Below, piece by piece: positions 40,726 to 51,499 of a stretch of DNA of 64,000 nt (position 1 is its first letter; every line of letters begins with the position of its first letter). Position numbers and translations under genes: made by a program. Source of the stretch: an uncultured archaeon (lineage in GTDB: Archaea > Thermoproteota > Bathyarchaeia > Bathyarchaeales > Bathycorpusculaceae); the NCBI GenBank assembly GCA_963782915.1, contig CAWALK010000019.1:118460-182459 (forward strand). Direction: 5' to 3'. A model generated the notes under the pieces. It was not told the DNA's origin. It was given only the letters and a program-made list of their open reading frames with translations, and made no database searches.

Positions 40726-42313
40726 TTGATGAGTAACGCCGCAGATATTGCAAAGGTTTCAGCTAAAGGCGGATTCAACGTCCTTTGGGGTCTGGTTTTC
40801 TCAGCGATTATTTCATCTGTCGGCGTAATCTTCATCGCTCGCCTGCTCGGCTCGGATGCGTATGGTCTATACACTATCGCACTAACTGCCCCTAATTTAT
40901 TTTTGATTTTTAGGGATTGGGGTATGACTTATGCGATGATCCGGTTCACTGCTAAGTATCGTGCTGAGGGTCGGATGGATGAAGTTAGAAGTGTTTTACT
41001 GTCGGGCTTAATTTTTGAGTTAGCGTCCGGTTTAGTGCTTTGTTTAGTGTCCTTTGGGTTGTCCGATTATTTGGCGGGCACTGATTTTTAATCGCCCAAT
41101 GTTGGCGCCATTAATGCAAATTGCTTCATTCTATATTTTGGCCAGTGCAGTGGTCAGTGCTGTCTCAGCTGCTTTCACGGGTTTAGAGCGTATGGCCTTA
41201 AACAGTGTAATGACTATTTGTCAATCGATCATTAAGACGGTCCTAATTATTTCGCTTGTTCTCTTGGGGTTCGGTACTTCAGGGGCAGTCATCGGCTTGA
41301 CTACAGCAGTTTTTATCGCTGGATTGATTGGCGTAGCGTTTCTCTTAGTGATCTATAAGTCGCTGCCAAAACCAATCAGCTTCAAACTTGAAATCAAAGA
41401 ATACCTAAAAGAGATGCTCATCTACGGCATCCCCCTCTCGCTTGCTGTTTTAGTTGCTAGCTTTATGGCGCAATACTATGCGTTTCTGTTGCCAATATAC
41501 TACGTTTCGGATAACAGCGTGATTGGCAATTATGGTATAGCACAGACCTTCATTGTCCTCATCGGCTTCTTCTCAACTCCAATAACAACCATGATGTTTC
41601 CAGCCTTCTCAAAACTTGACCATCAAAAAGATAGGGAGACGCTAAAACACGTTTATCAGTTCTCTGTCAAGTATGCTTCGCTTCTTGTCGTGCCAGTGGT
41701 GGCTATGGTAATGGCGTTAGCTGAACCAGCAGTTTCCGTGCTCTTTGGCAGCACATATGCGGCTGCGCCATTGTTTTTGGCTTTGCTTGCAATAGGCTAC
41801 TCTTTTGCAGCTTTTGGAAACCTAAGCACAAGCAACCTAATCAACAGTCAAGGCCACACAAAGTTTATTCTAGAAACAACTATTCTGACAGCATGCATAG
41901 GTATTCCTGTTGGTTCAGTGCTTGTTTTACAATTCGGCGTCATCGGATTAATCATAACATCTCTTATCGAGGGGCTTCCCAGTCTTTTTATTTCTCTTTA
42001 CTGGATAAGAAAACACTATGGAGTAACTGTTGATTGGCTCTCATCAGCAAAGATCATTCTCTCGTCTGCTGTCGCTTCGGCATTAACGTATGCATTGTTA
42101 TCCGTAGTGTCATTTAGTAGTTGGATAGAACTTTTGATTGGTGTGCTATTTTTTGTTCTGTGCTTGGGTCCGAGTTTATTGTTGACGCGATCTATTACTA
42201 GGACAGATATCGACAATGTGCGACTCATAGTCAATGGATTGGGCGGTATAGGTCGGTTAATCAGCCGATTTTTGGGTTTAATTGAAAAAATAATGGCTAC
42301 CTTACGACTCTAA
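40726..42313 (+). CDS. Oligosaccharide flippase (Wzx/RfbX family), split by a 1-nt indel near 41078
   Basis: IARLLGSDAYGLY, MFPAFSKL, many TMs; removing one G from GCGGGCA joins the ORFs. Confidence 0.88.
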
Positions 42314-42551
42314 ACAGTGTCCTAATAGAAAGACGCTATAGGTGTGGAACAGCGGTAGGTGTCAATGTCGTGCTAATTGTGCTGTTTAAATAAATCAGTT
42401 CAAATCTTGTTCATACAATTTAACTAAGTTCAAAAAAATGGCGCTTAATATCCCGTGGCGCAGATGCTGATGAATTTCCGTTAGCGATAACAATGGAGAT
42501 AAACTGATTGTATAAAGCTTAAAAAATTAAAAAAGGGTTGAAAACTGGTTT

Positions 42552-43689
42552 TTACCAGTTGAAGAACCATGTTCGCATGTTGAAGTAGTTCCAGTTGAAC
42601 ATTCCCCCCCATGGATATCGGTATATGTTTGTTGGTGGCTGTGTTGGGGTTGTGGTTGTTGGTGCTGGGGTTGGTGTTGTTGTTTGTGTGGGTGTTGGTG
42701 TTTGTGTTGGGTTGGTTGTTGGTTTAGGCGTTGTTGTTGGTGTGGTTGTGGGTTGTGGGGTTGGAGTTTGGGGTTGGTGTTTTGGTAGGTGTTGGAGTTG
42801 GTGCTATGGTTGTTGGTGTTGGGGTTGGTGTTACTGTTGGTTTTGGTGTAGGCGTTGCGGTTGGTGTCGGTGTGGGTGTAACGGTTGGTTTTGGTGTGGC
42901 TGTCGGGGTTGCTGTTGGTGCTACGGTTGGTTTGGGTGTTGCGGTGGGTGTAGGTGTGGGTGTTGCTGTTGGGGCTGGTGATCCTACTCCGTTGCTTGAA
43001 ACTGCTACGTTGTAGATTTTCCAGTTGATGTCATTTTGCCAGCTGCAAGTTACGTCAAAGACGATTTGCCCTACGTGTCCAAGGGTAACTCCCCAGTCTC
43101 GCATGTCAACTTCATAGTGTTGGGTGCTTTTGTCGCTTGGACCAACCATTATAGTCCATGCGCCATCAGGAGACTTTACTGTTCCAACGCCATATGTCAC
43201 TTTGGCTGGTTGGTTATATGTTTGTGCGAAGTATGTGTCTGCTACTTCTTCGCCGTAGCCTGCGTTCCAGCCGTTGGTTGTGTCTACTAAGCCAACGTGG
43301 ATTTGCATTACTTTGTCTGCCCAGATGTCGAAGCTTAGTATGGGGTTGTTTCGTAGGTCCCATCCGCCGCCTTGTGCGTCCCAGTTGGTGTATCCTCTGA
43401 AGATTTCTTTTGGAAGTTTAAGGTTGTCTATGTTTGTTACGCTGCTTGCGCTGAGGCCGTTTTCGGTGTGGGGTATGTTATAGGTGGTGATTGGTGCAAC
43501 GTTGGTGTGTGCCGTTGCTATCCATTTGCCGCCCGCTAAACTGCCGACGGTTGTGGCTGCAGCTGCAGGCTGTGTTGCTATCATTGCTATCATGCTGATG
43601 ATGAATAATGCGCTGATTGCTATTCCGAGGGGTTTAGAGATTTTTTTTAGATGTAGTGAGTGAAGTTTTCCAAAGATTCGTGTATTCAC
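42552..43689 (-). CDS. Secreted Pro/Thr-linker protein with aromatic C-terminal tail (frameshift near 42768)
   Basis: Signal peptide, Trp-rich globular domain, PT tract; corrected frame ends [26 protein letters not shown] at 42552. Confidence 0.75.
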
Positions 43690-43759
43690 TTTTTTCTCTC
43701 TTCCTGAATTTTTCTGACTTCTTATCGGTAGGATCTATTTTATGGTTTTTTGAAAAGTA

Positions 43760-43825
43760 CAGTGCGCTAGCTTGTCAAGTCGAGTGCTTGGTTTGCGAAG
43801 CAGACTTAACAAGCTTGGCGAACAG
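43760..43825 (-). promoter_or_regulatory. Stable hairpin in the putative 5' leader of the 42552-43689 gene
   Basis: Minus-strand AGCTTGTTAAGTC/GACTTGACAAGCT (13 bp, one G-U) plus TGCTT/AAGCA. Confidence 0.5.
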
Positions 43826-44279
43826 TAACTTCCCCATGGCAAGGGCAGTGCAAACTAATAATCGCTGTATTGGCAACCAAATACTTGTTATCGCTATCCA
43901 AAATCGGTGCTAAATCGTGATTTAGACAATTGAAAAAGCATCAGAGGCATAATTATTTTTCCACAGCATTCCACAATTACGCCAAACTATGGGCTGGGCT
44001 GATAGAAATCAGGGGGCTCCAACATATCGCCTATTTGCCGATTTATAGCAGATGGGGGTTCTGGCGGGCAACAAACGCTTCTGCTACGTTGACTTTTTGG
44101 CGCGGCTTGCGGTTTGCACCACAACCAGCTTGCAATAAGGCGTCGCGCACTGAACCTAAAATGTAGCGCCTCCATCTGTTGGTACTTGATGAGTATAGCG
44201 GTCTCGTGCCTTCTCTAATAACATTAGAAAAATTGTTTTCTGGTGGGGAGCAGGTGTGGATTATACTCGCTAATAGAAA

Positions 44280-44471
44280 CTATTCGCTAATTAAGTTGAT
44301 TGATTTGTGACATTTTAACAAGCCTCTGTACCTTGCAGAACAACCTCTGTATCTTTTCTGGTCAGCTGGAATCTTTCTCCATTCAGGGGTCTTAGCACGA
44401 GCAGTTAGGCTTTTTCCGCAATCACAACAATGATACTTAGTTGCTGGCCTATTGAGTCGATATACCTGCAA
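44280..44471 (-). CDS. Small Cys-rich zinc-finger-like ORF, possibly degenerate
   Basis: HCCDCGKSL...KRYRGCSARY; the third Cys may be mutated to Tyr. Confidence 0.4.
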   Translation of the reverse strand: MQVYRLNRPATKYHCCDCGKSLTARAKTPEWRKIPADQKRYRGCSARYRGLLKCHKSINLISE

Positions 44472-44562
44472 TCTCCAAACAAATCTCCGAGTTTATAATT
44501 ATTATTAATGTGCTCTTGAAAATTCGATTTACCGCTTTTTATGGCGCAACTAAAAATTAGGG

Positions 44563-44651
44563 TGAGGCTGATTTAGCCGTACGGTAAGGAATGAGGGTGT
44601 AGAAGGAAGAGAGAGGGGATAACTTCGAACCTTACCAGCCAAACCAGCTCA
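44563..44651 (-). ncRNA. Candidate hairpin RNA or leader with pyrimidine-rich loop
   Basis: Minus-strand GCTGGTTTGGC/GCTAAATCAGC (11 bp, two G-U) and GGTAAGG/CCTTACC. Confidence 0.4.
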
Positions 44652-44698
44652 GCAATCCTCGCGCATAAACAGTATTCTTATCGATAGTACAAAAAGGC

Positions 44699-46106
44699 AT
44701 GTTGTATCACTCTGTAATCACAAATTCTACACTGGAATTCGTCTTCACTCCAGAAGACGGCTACCATGTTTTTAACGTGCTTGTCAATGGAAAATCCGTC
44801 GGTGCAGAAAACACACTGAGTCTAGAGGTTACTGAGGATACTTCTGTCGAAGTGACTTTTGCAATTAATACCTATGACGTCACCATTACTCAAAGTGACA
44901 ATGGCTTGATTACTGGCCCCACCTCTGTCAACTTTGGGGACGAGGCAACATTCACTATTGCACCTTCAACCGGCTATCACATCGTAGATGTAGTGGTTGA
45001 TGGAGAGTCGCTGGGCGCGGTTAATTCCTACACCCTGCGTAATGTGGTGGCAGCTCATTCAATTACTGCTGTCTTTGCCATTAACACGTACTGCATTTCT
45101 GTCTATGCTGGCAGCAACGGCACTATTAGTCCAAATGGATCTGTCACTGTTAACTATGGTGGCGAACAAGCCTTCACAATCACACCCGACGCTCACTACC
45201 ATGTTGCTGAAGTCAGGGTTGACGGCTACTCAGTTGGCGCCATTTCCTCATACACATTCAAAGACATAGCCGCAGACCACACAATCAGTGTCACTTTTAC
45301 GATTGATACGTTCTCTATCTCTGCTTACGCTGGAGCAGGTGGCGCTATCAGCCCAAGTGGATATGTAGACGTTAACTACGGTGAAACCCAATCATTCACC
45401 ATTTCGCCCTACCCGCATTATCATGTTAAAGATGTATTGGTGGATAGGTCTTCAGTGGGGGCGGTGACCTCATATACTTTCGACAATGTTACGGCTGACC
45501 ACACTATCAACGTGATTTTTGCCATTGAAACATTTGACATTATTGCTTCGGCTAGTGCTGGCGGCACTATCAGTCCAAATGGAGTTGTAAGTGCAGATTA
45601 TGGTTCTAGCCAAAGCTTTACTATAAATGCAAACGAAGGCTACCACATTACAGCCGTTATTGTAGATAACAGCTCTCAGGCTACAGCTTCACACAAAACT
45701 AGTGTTGAGGCAGCTTTCACCAACATCACGGCGGGCCACATGATTACTGCCATCTTTGCAGTTGACACCTACAAAATCACGGCTTCTGCTGGATCCGGAG
45801 GCACTATCAGCCCAAGCGGATCTGTCAACGTCAACTATGGCGCCAACCAGAGCTTCACTATAACTGCAAATCCCGGCTACCACATCGTTGGTCTCATTGT
45901 GGATGGCGCTTCATGTGCGATTCCAACCCATGCCACCACTCTTCAAGCAGACTTCAATAAAATCCACGCAGACCACACAATATTCGGCAGTATTTGCGAC
46001 TGACGACGACCTAACAAGGATAACTAACGCGATTTACGTTGATGATATTAATTTAGAAGTTGGCACAGTTAATTTTTTATCCTTTGAAACTGATTTTCTA
46101 ATCTGA
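44699..46106 (+). pseudogene. Truncated surface protein made of ~6 InlB-B/bacterial repeat domains
   Basis: Repeated ASAG.GGTISP.G.V.V.YG..Q.FTI....GYHI..V.VDG; no signal peptide or anchor; indel near 45984. Confidence 0.7.
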
Positions 46107-46376
46107 ATATTTCCATCGAAACCTCTCTGAGAACGGTTTTTCAGCTGACAAAGGACGAATCGGCAGCATAGTTAGGCAGAAAAGAGAAGATCGACAACAG
46201 ACCGCACTCTTCTCAAACGCCCTATTCCACAACATCTACTCAATAAGAATCAGCCCAAAATAGTTTTGTCCCAATCCCCAACTACAAAAACAAAAATAAA
46301 CATAAACAAACTCCCGTTTGTTGGTTCACCCAAGATTTTAAAAGATGAGAATTCAATATACTTTTGATGTTTCGTA

Positions 46377-48581
46377 ATGAAAGACGATGTTTTGCTTGAT
46401 GTACTTTTCAGAATACGAGACAACATTGTTGCTATAGATAACAATTTTATTATTACTTACGCTAATCAGGCGTTTGTGGATATTTTCGGTTTAAAAGTTT
46501 CAGAAGTGCTCGGCAAAGATATATGGACAATTATGCCCAAAGCGGTGGAAACAGTCGCCTACAGAGAAATCAATGAAGCGATGACCAAAAAGGAGATTAG
46601 AATTTTTGAGTGGTCAGGCGTATATTCTAACCGTTTTTTGGAAACAAGCCTTTTTCCATCAGATAACGGTTTAACAATAATCAGCAGAGATATAACCAAA
46701 CGCAAACAAGCTCAAGACGCCTTAAGAGCTTCTAAAGAAACCCTGCAAGACATTCTTAACGCTATGGATGATGGCGTAACTTTAGCAGGGGTAGATGGAA
46801 AAGTATCTGACTGTAATGAGGCAGCTTTAAAACAGCTCGGTTTAACCCGAGAAGAATTCATAGGCAAAAACGTCTACGATGTCGTGGTCCCAGAAGACAG
46901 GCAACGCGCTATAGAAGGAGCACTCAAGGTTCTTGAAACAGGAAAAACACTAAACGAAGTCAGGGTTTTGAGGAAAGATGGCTCTGTTTTCTGTGCTGAA
47001 ATATCTGTAACCGCAATTTACGATAAGAACAGAAAACCTATTGTTTTTCTCGGTGTGACCCGCGATATAACTGAACGCAAAAAAGTTGAAACTGCTTACA
47101 AAGAAGCCGAAGAAAGATTCAGAGGCTTAGTTGAAAGCACAAGCGATATAATTTGGCAAGTTGACCAAAACGCAGTCTACACCTACGTTAGCCCAAAAAT
47201 CAAAGAAATTTTAGGGTATGAACCCCAGGAAGTTGTCGGTAAGACCCCGTTTGATTTTATTTCAGAGTGTGACGAAGAAAAAATACTAAAAAACTTTCTG
47301 GAAATCGCAAACAAGATGCAGCCTTTTCATGGTCTTGAAAATTGGAACGTTCATAAAAACGGGTCTATGGTGCTTTTAGAAACAAGTGGTGTCCCAATCT
47401 TAGATGAGAAAGGCCAGTTGATGGGTTATAGAGGGATTGATAGGGACATAACTGAGCGCAAAAAAGCAGAAGAAGCCCTCCGACTATCTGAGGAGAAATT
47501 CTCAAAGGTATTTCAAAACAGCCCTATCGCAGTCACAATAACCGGCTTAGCCGATGGCGCTATCTTAGAAATCAACGAATCAGCAGTTAATCTTTTTGGG
47601 TTTAGCCGCGAAGAGGCAATTGGACGAAATACAGTTGACCTAAAAGCATGGGCAAATCTCGCTGATCGTGTTCTTTTCACAAAAACTCTCTCCTCCAAAG
47701 GGTTCGTGCACAACCAAGAGTTTACTTTGCGTAAAAAAGACGGAACCCAATTTATTGTGAATTTATCCGCTGAAATTATGGAACTTCAAGGACAAATGTG
47801 CATAGTCGCATCATTCACAGACATCACTGCCCATAAGCAAATGGACGCACAGCTTGAGCTATACAGCAAAAAACTAGAAACCATCGTTGAAGAACGCACC
47901 AAGCAGCTGCAAGAAAAAGAACGCTTAGCAGCTATTGGGCAAACTGCCGGCATGGTTGGCCATGATTTACGCAATCCACTACAGACTATTATTAGTGAGC
48001 TTTATTTGGCAGAAACTGAGTTGAAGGAAATGCCTCAAGGACAACGCAAAGCATCCATGCAAGAGAGCTTAGATAGTATTGGTGAGCAAGTTAGCTATAT
48101 GGATAAAATAGTTAGTGATTTGCAAACTTTTGTTAAACCCGTTAAGCCAAATACACAGGTAGTTAAGCTAAAACCGCTAGTTGATGGTTTATTGGCGCAA
48201 ACAATTTTTCCGAAAAACATTCAAACAAACATCCAAATCCCTGATACTTTGGCTGCAGAGGCTGATCCTCAACTGCTAAAAAGAGTCTTAATCAACCTCC
48301 TGACCAATTCGATGCAGGCGATGCCCCATGGTGGAGACTTGACTATAAAGGCACAGACTGATGGTTTAGGTCAAGTAGAGATAACTATCGAAGATACCGG
48401 TGTTGGGATACCTGAGGAGGTTAAGCCCAAAATCTTTACTCCCCTGTTTACTACCAAATCGAAGGGTCAGGGCTTTGGATTAGCTGTTTGCAAACGGGTC
48501 TTAGAAGCTCAGGGCGGATCCATCAACTTTGAAAGCGAAGTGGGCAAAGGCGCCAAATTTATAGTAATCTTGCCCGCATAA
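46377..48581 (+). CDS. Multi-PAS sensor histidine kinase
   Basis: Four PAS domains, GHDLRNPLQ, NSMQAM, DTGVGI, GQGFGL. Confidence 0.92.
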   Translation: MKDDVLLDVLFRIRDNIVAIDNNFIITYANQAFVDIFGLKVSEVLGKDIWTIMPKAVETVAYREINEAMTKKEIRIFEWSGVYSNRFLETSLFPSDNGLTIISRDITKRKQAQDALRASKETLQDILNAMDDGVTLAGVDGKVSDCNEAALKQLGLTREEFIGKNVYDVVVPEDRQRAIEGALKVLETGKTLNEVRVLRKDGSVFCAEISVTAIYDKNRKPIVFLGVTRDITERKKVETAYKEAEERFRGLVESTSDIIWQVDQNAVYTYVSPKIKEILGYEPQEVVGKTPFDFISECDEEKILKNFLEIANKMQPFHGLENWNVHKNGSMVLLETSGVPILDEKGQLMGYRGIDRDITERKKAEEALRLSEEKFSKVFQNSPIAVTITGLADGAILEINESAVNLFGFSREEAIGRNTVDLKAWANLADRVLFTKTLSSKGFVHNQEFTLRKKDGTQFIVNLSAEIMELQGQMCIVASFTDITAHKQMDAQLELYSKKLETIVEERTKQLQEKERLAAIGQTAGMVGHDLRNPLQTIISELYLAETELKEMPQGQRKASMQESLDSIGEQVSYMDKIVSDLQTFVKPVKPNTQVVKLKPLVDGLLAQTIFPKNIQTNIQIPDTLAAEADPQLLKRVLINLLTNSMQAMPHGGDLTIKAQTDGLGQVEITIEDTGVGIPEEVKPKIFTPLFTTKSKGQGFGLAVCKRVLEAQGGSINFESEVGKGAKFIVILPA

Positions 48582-48660
48582 AGAGGAGATAATCGAGCTT
48601 TTCATTCATTGGGTTGAATCGTAGATTCTTTGTCCCTTTAGCTTCATGTCTTTTAATGAA

Positions 48661-48678
48661 CCCCCCCTAAGAGGCGAC
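48661..48678 (-). repeat. Core motif A joined to a G-run
   Basis: Minus strand GTCGCCTCTTAGGGGGGG. Confidence 0.5.
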
Positions 48679-48740
48679 CCATTCACCTTACGCTAGCTAT
48701 TATAAGTCTCAACGGCGTTTAGTAAATTAGAGGTATTTTT

Positions 48741-49250
48741 TTGTCGGATGCTGGACGAGTTGCCATCCAATCCATAAAGTCAAAACTTGCAGAGTTATTG
48801 AATTATAAAGAACAAAGAACTGGAGTTAACTTGGATGTATTTTCAAACCCTCAAAGACACTTGTTATGTTTACCTATTGAAAGAATAGTTGCTGATACCA
48901 AGGTTTTTCCTCAAGCTATTGAAAAATACAAACAAAAAATTGAAAACGGTGAAAAGCTGTCTCCTGTGATAGTGGTTAAACATCCAAGGTACGACGTTTA
49001 CGCAGTGTTGGATGGTCACCACAGGTATTATGCTTATCTTGAATTAGGTTGGAAAGAAATTGAATGCGCCCTCGCTGGCGACTTTTCAAGTGTTTTTTTC
49101 TATTTAACCGATCACGGCTACTTTCAACCTAATCCAAACGCTAAAGAGTTAAAGAATCCAGAGATAAAATTTCATGACGGACTCCAGAGTTTTCTAAAGA
49201 ATTTTTTACGAGATCCAAGCGCTAAGCTTCTCCAAAATGACAATCGATAA
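48741..49250 (+). CDS. ParB/Srx-like N-terminal domain protein
   Basis: LSPVIVVK...YAVLDGHHRYYAYLELG. Confidence 0.85.
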   Translation: MSDAGRVAIQSIKSKLAELLNYKEQRTGVNLDVFSNPQRHLLCLPIERIVADTKVFPQAIEKYKQKIENGEKLSPVIVVKHPRYDVYAVLDGHHRYYAYLELGWKEIECALAGDFSSVFFYLTDHGYFQPNPNAKELKNPEIKFHDGLQSFLKNFLRDPSAKLLQNDNR

Positions 49251-49345
49251 AGTTTCTATGATTTTGCCGACTACAATCGGTTTACAGATTATCAGAAAAA
49301 AAGCGTTCCCGCGGTAGTAGTTATCGCAAATCGATGGTGAGCTAA

Positions 49346-49876
49346 TTGAAAGAAATAGATCATAAGCGGCAATTAGAAAGCGAGATTCGCGAGAGCTTAG
49401 AGCACAAGCTTGTTCTAAGACGTGAGGCACCCTTAATCGGGTTAGTTTCTTTTATTGCTGCTCTCTAGGGATCCAAACTATTCACTTCCTTATCGCCAGG
49501 ATCAGCGTTAATTTTTCAGCTTTGGGGTTACAATATACATCTGCACCACTTTAACTACGGCTTTATTCTTGTGGTACTTGGCTTGCTGCTTACCTTTTTT
49601 GAGGGACCTTGGATTGTAAGGGTTCAGCACATTCTTTTTGGTTTAGGTTTAGGATTTATTATTGACGAGTATTGGCTTCTTCTTACATTTGATGAAAGTG
49701 CAAGCGTTTATTTTGGACCACAATCTCAAAGCTTCTCATTAATTATTGCGGTAGTTGTTACCTCAGTTTATGCGGCGATAGCTTTTGGGGTCTTTTTTGC
49801 TAGTAGAAAAGAGATTAAGTTGTGGACCGAATTGTGTCAAGCAGCCGAAACAGGAGAAATAAACCCTGCCGACTAA
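49346..49876 (+). CDS. Integral membrane protein with one in-frame TAG (49466-49468)
   Basis: GGTGA RBS, TTG 49346, frame continuous across the TAG into HLHHFNYG...FGLGLGFIIDE. Confidence 0.7.
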
Positions 49877-49972
49877 TTTTTATTTATAAGTTGTCTTTTT
49901 TGTGCGGTAAGCCTTTCTTCATTTGTATTATCTTCAGAGACCTACATTAGTTACCGGTAACTCCCTCAGATA

Positions 49973-50710
49973 CTATTGTTCCCATTGAATATTCTCTTTT
50001 ATTACCTTAGCTGGAATACCGCCGGCCAGACATTCGGGGGGAATATCCTTAGTTACGATGGAGCCTGCAGCGATAACGGAGCCGTCGCCTATAGTGACGC
50101 CCTTCATTATTACGCTGTGACTACAGATTAAGACATGACGCCCGATGCGTATGGGTTCAGCGCGTGAGGCTCCACATATTTTGTGAAATGCAGTATCACA
50201 GATTTCAACGTCCCAGCCTATTCCCGTATTATCCCCAATTTCAATGGCGCGGGTGCAAATTATGGATGTATTTGAGTTAATCGGAACGTTGTTTAAGGTG
50301 AGAGTGGCGCCTTTCTGCACTTCGATGACGGTGCCGCGGGCTAAGTTGACGGTTCCATTAATGACGAGTTTGCTGTTTTCTGCCATGAATAGTGAGCAGG
50401 GTCTACTGGCGGGAAAGAATCCTTGACGATGGATACCCATAGTTAAGTAGCCGTTGTTTATGATTTTGGCGCTTTTATCTATTGAGACTTTTGTTCTTCC
50501 GTCGATGAGGATTTTTCCAAATCTGTGCCCTGGCTCTGCTGAGTGAGCTTGAAGACTCTTGTATAGTGTTCTTGGTCCAATCCTGTTTCCTATAATTAAG
50601 CGGGTTCTGCCTACGGTTGATTGTAGAACTCTTAATTGTAGCGCACGCGCTGATTGTAGAATAGTAAATTGATTTGTTTTCAAAACATCACAACTTTTTA
50701 GGATACGCAA
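49973..50710 (-). CDS. Hexapeptide-repeat (LbH) acyltransferase
   Basis: ICDTAFH, KGVTIGDGSVIAAGSIVTKDIP...GIPAKVIK. Confidence 0.88.
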   Translation of the reverse strand: MRILKSCDVLKTNQFTILQSARALQLRVLQSTVGRTRLIIGNRIGPRTLYKSLQAHSAEPGHRFGKILIDGRTKVSIDKSAKIINNGYLTMGIHRQGFFPASRPCSLFMAENSKLVINGTVNLARGTVIEVQKGATLTLNNVPINSNTSIICTRAIEIGDNTGIGWDVEICDTAFHKICGASRAEPIRIGRHVLICSHSVIMKGVTIGDGSVIAAGSIVTKDIPPECLAGGIPAKVIKENIQWEQ

Positions 50711-50940
50711 TTAATATAACAAGGACTGCAGCCGTGGGCCTCTAAAATGGCAGCCAATTCATTGGTTAAACCAGCAAAAAAGAATGTCCTTACTATAGTT
50801 TGGAGCATGATTCGATTAATAAATCCATATGGTTAACATCTAGCTGGCTTGATTGCATATTGTTTATCCGCTTTTAAAGTAACGCGTAAAAAACAAATGC
50901 CTATATCCAGTGATTGAGTATTCTTTTGTAAGTGGTTTTT

Positions 50941-51060
50941 ATGGATTGCTTGATTGTAACCTGCCCAGTATGTAGAGCGATAATGCCTGATCCTAAGACT
51001 TTAAGAGAGCACAAAATAAAAGTGCATAAAAGCGTATATAATATAAGAGCTTCAGTTTAG
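50941..51060 (+). CDS. C2H2 zinc-finger microprotein, 39 aa (absent from ORF track)
   Basis: MDCLIVTCPVCRAIMPDPKTLREHKIKVHKSVYNIRASV*, pattern C-x2-C-x12-H-x4-H. Confidence 0.75.
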   Translation: MDCLIVTCPVCRAIMPDPKTLREHKIKVHKSVYNIRASV

Positions 51061-51116
51061 ATCGCGTTTGCGATTGCTTTTTAAGATAATACATTATTTT
51101 TTTTACAGGGGTTTTT

Positions 51117-51356
51117 ATGGATTCAAATGAGGCACAGCAAATTCTTTTCGAAGTTTTACAAGTTCTTGAAGGTTCATCTCTTGATTGTTACTCATTAGTG
51201 GGGCTGGAAAAAGATTTGGCAAGTTATAGTGTTGTTGTTAAGGCTTTTTTGGGCTCAGTTAGTAAGCAGCAAATTTGGGATATAGCCAAAAAGCATGGGT
51301 TAGAAATAAAAGATGAAAAAGAAGGGCTTACTCTCTACAAACCAGCTATCCAATAG
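51117..51356 (+). CDS. Small hypothetical protein (MNxxEA family, paralogue of 11620)
   Basis: MDSNEA...YSVVV...WDIAKKHGLEIKD...GLTLYKP. Confidence 0.8.
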   Translation: MDSNEAQQILFEVLQVLEGSSLDCYSLVGLEKDLASYSVVVKAFLGSVSKQQIWDIAKKHGLEIKDEKEGLTLYKPAIQ

Positions 51357-51394
51357 TGTCTGCAATCGTCGTTTATCCAAGAATCGAAACGCCT

Positions 51395-51499
51395 TTACCA
51401 TAGACAAGCACCTTTATGCTTCTCCATTCTATGTTCTCTTAGAACCTTGGGGTCATGGCAAAGTTTACGACAAAACGGACAACGGACATAATGAGTCAT
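51395..51499 (-). CDS. C2H2 zinc-finger microprotein, 34 aa (absent from ORF track)
   Basis: MTHYVRCPFCRKLCHDPKVLREHRMEKHKGACLW*, same spacing and DPKxLREH as 50941. Confidence 0.75.
   Translation of the reverse strand: MTHYVRCPFCRKLCHDPKVLREHRMEKHKGACLW

Noticed and set aside
20156-43015. Gly/Val- or Cys/Trp-rich ORFs (20156, 23715, 42595, 42731)
   Set aside because: Antisense shadows of Pro/Thr linker codons.
48741-49250. ParB gene as a plasmid partition or DNA-modification system
   Set aside because: Lone ParB/Srx domain with no ParA, HTH or modification genes nearby.
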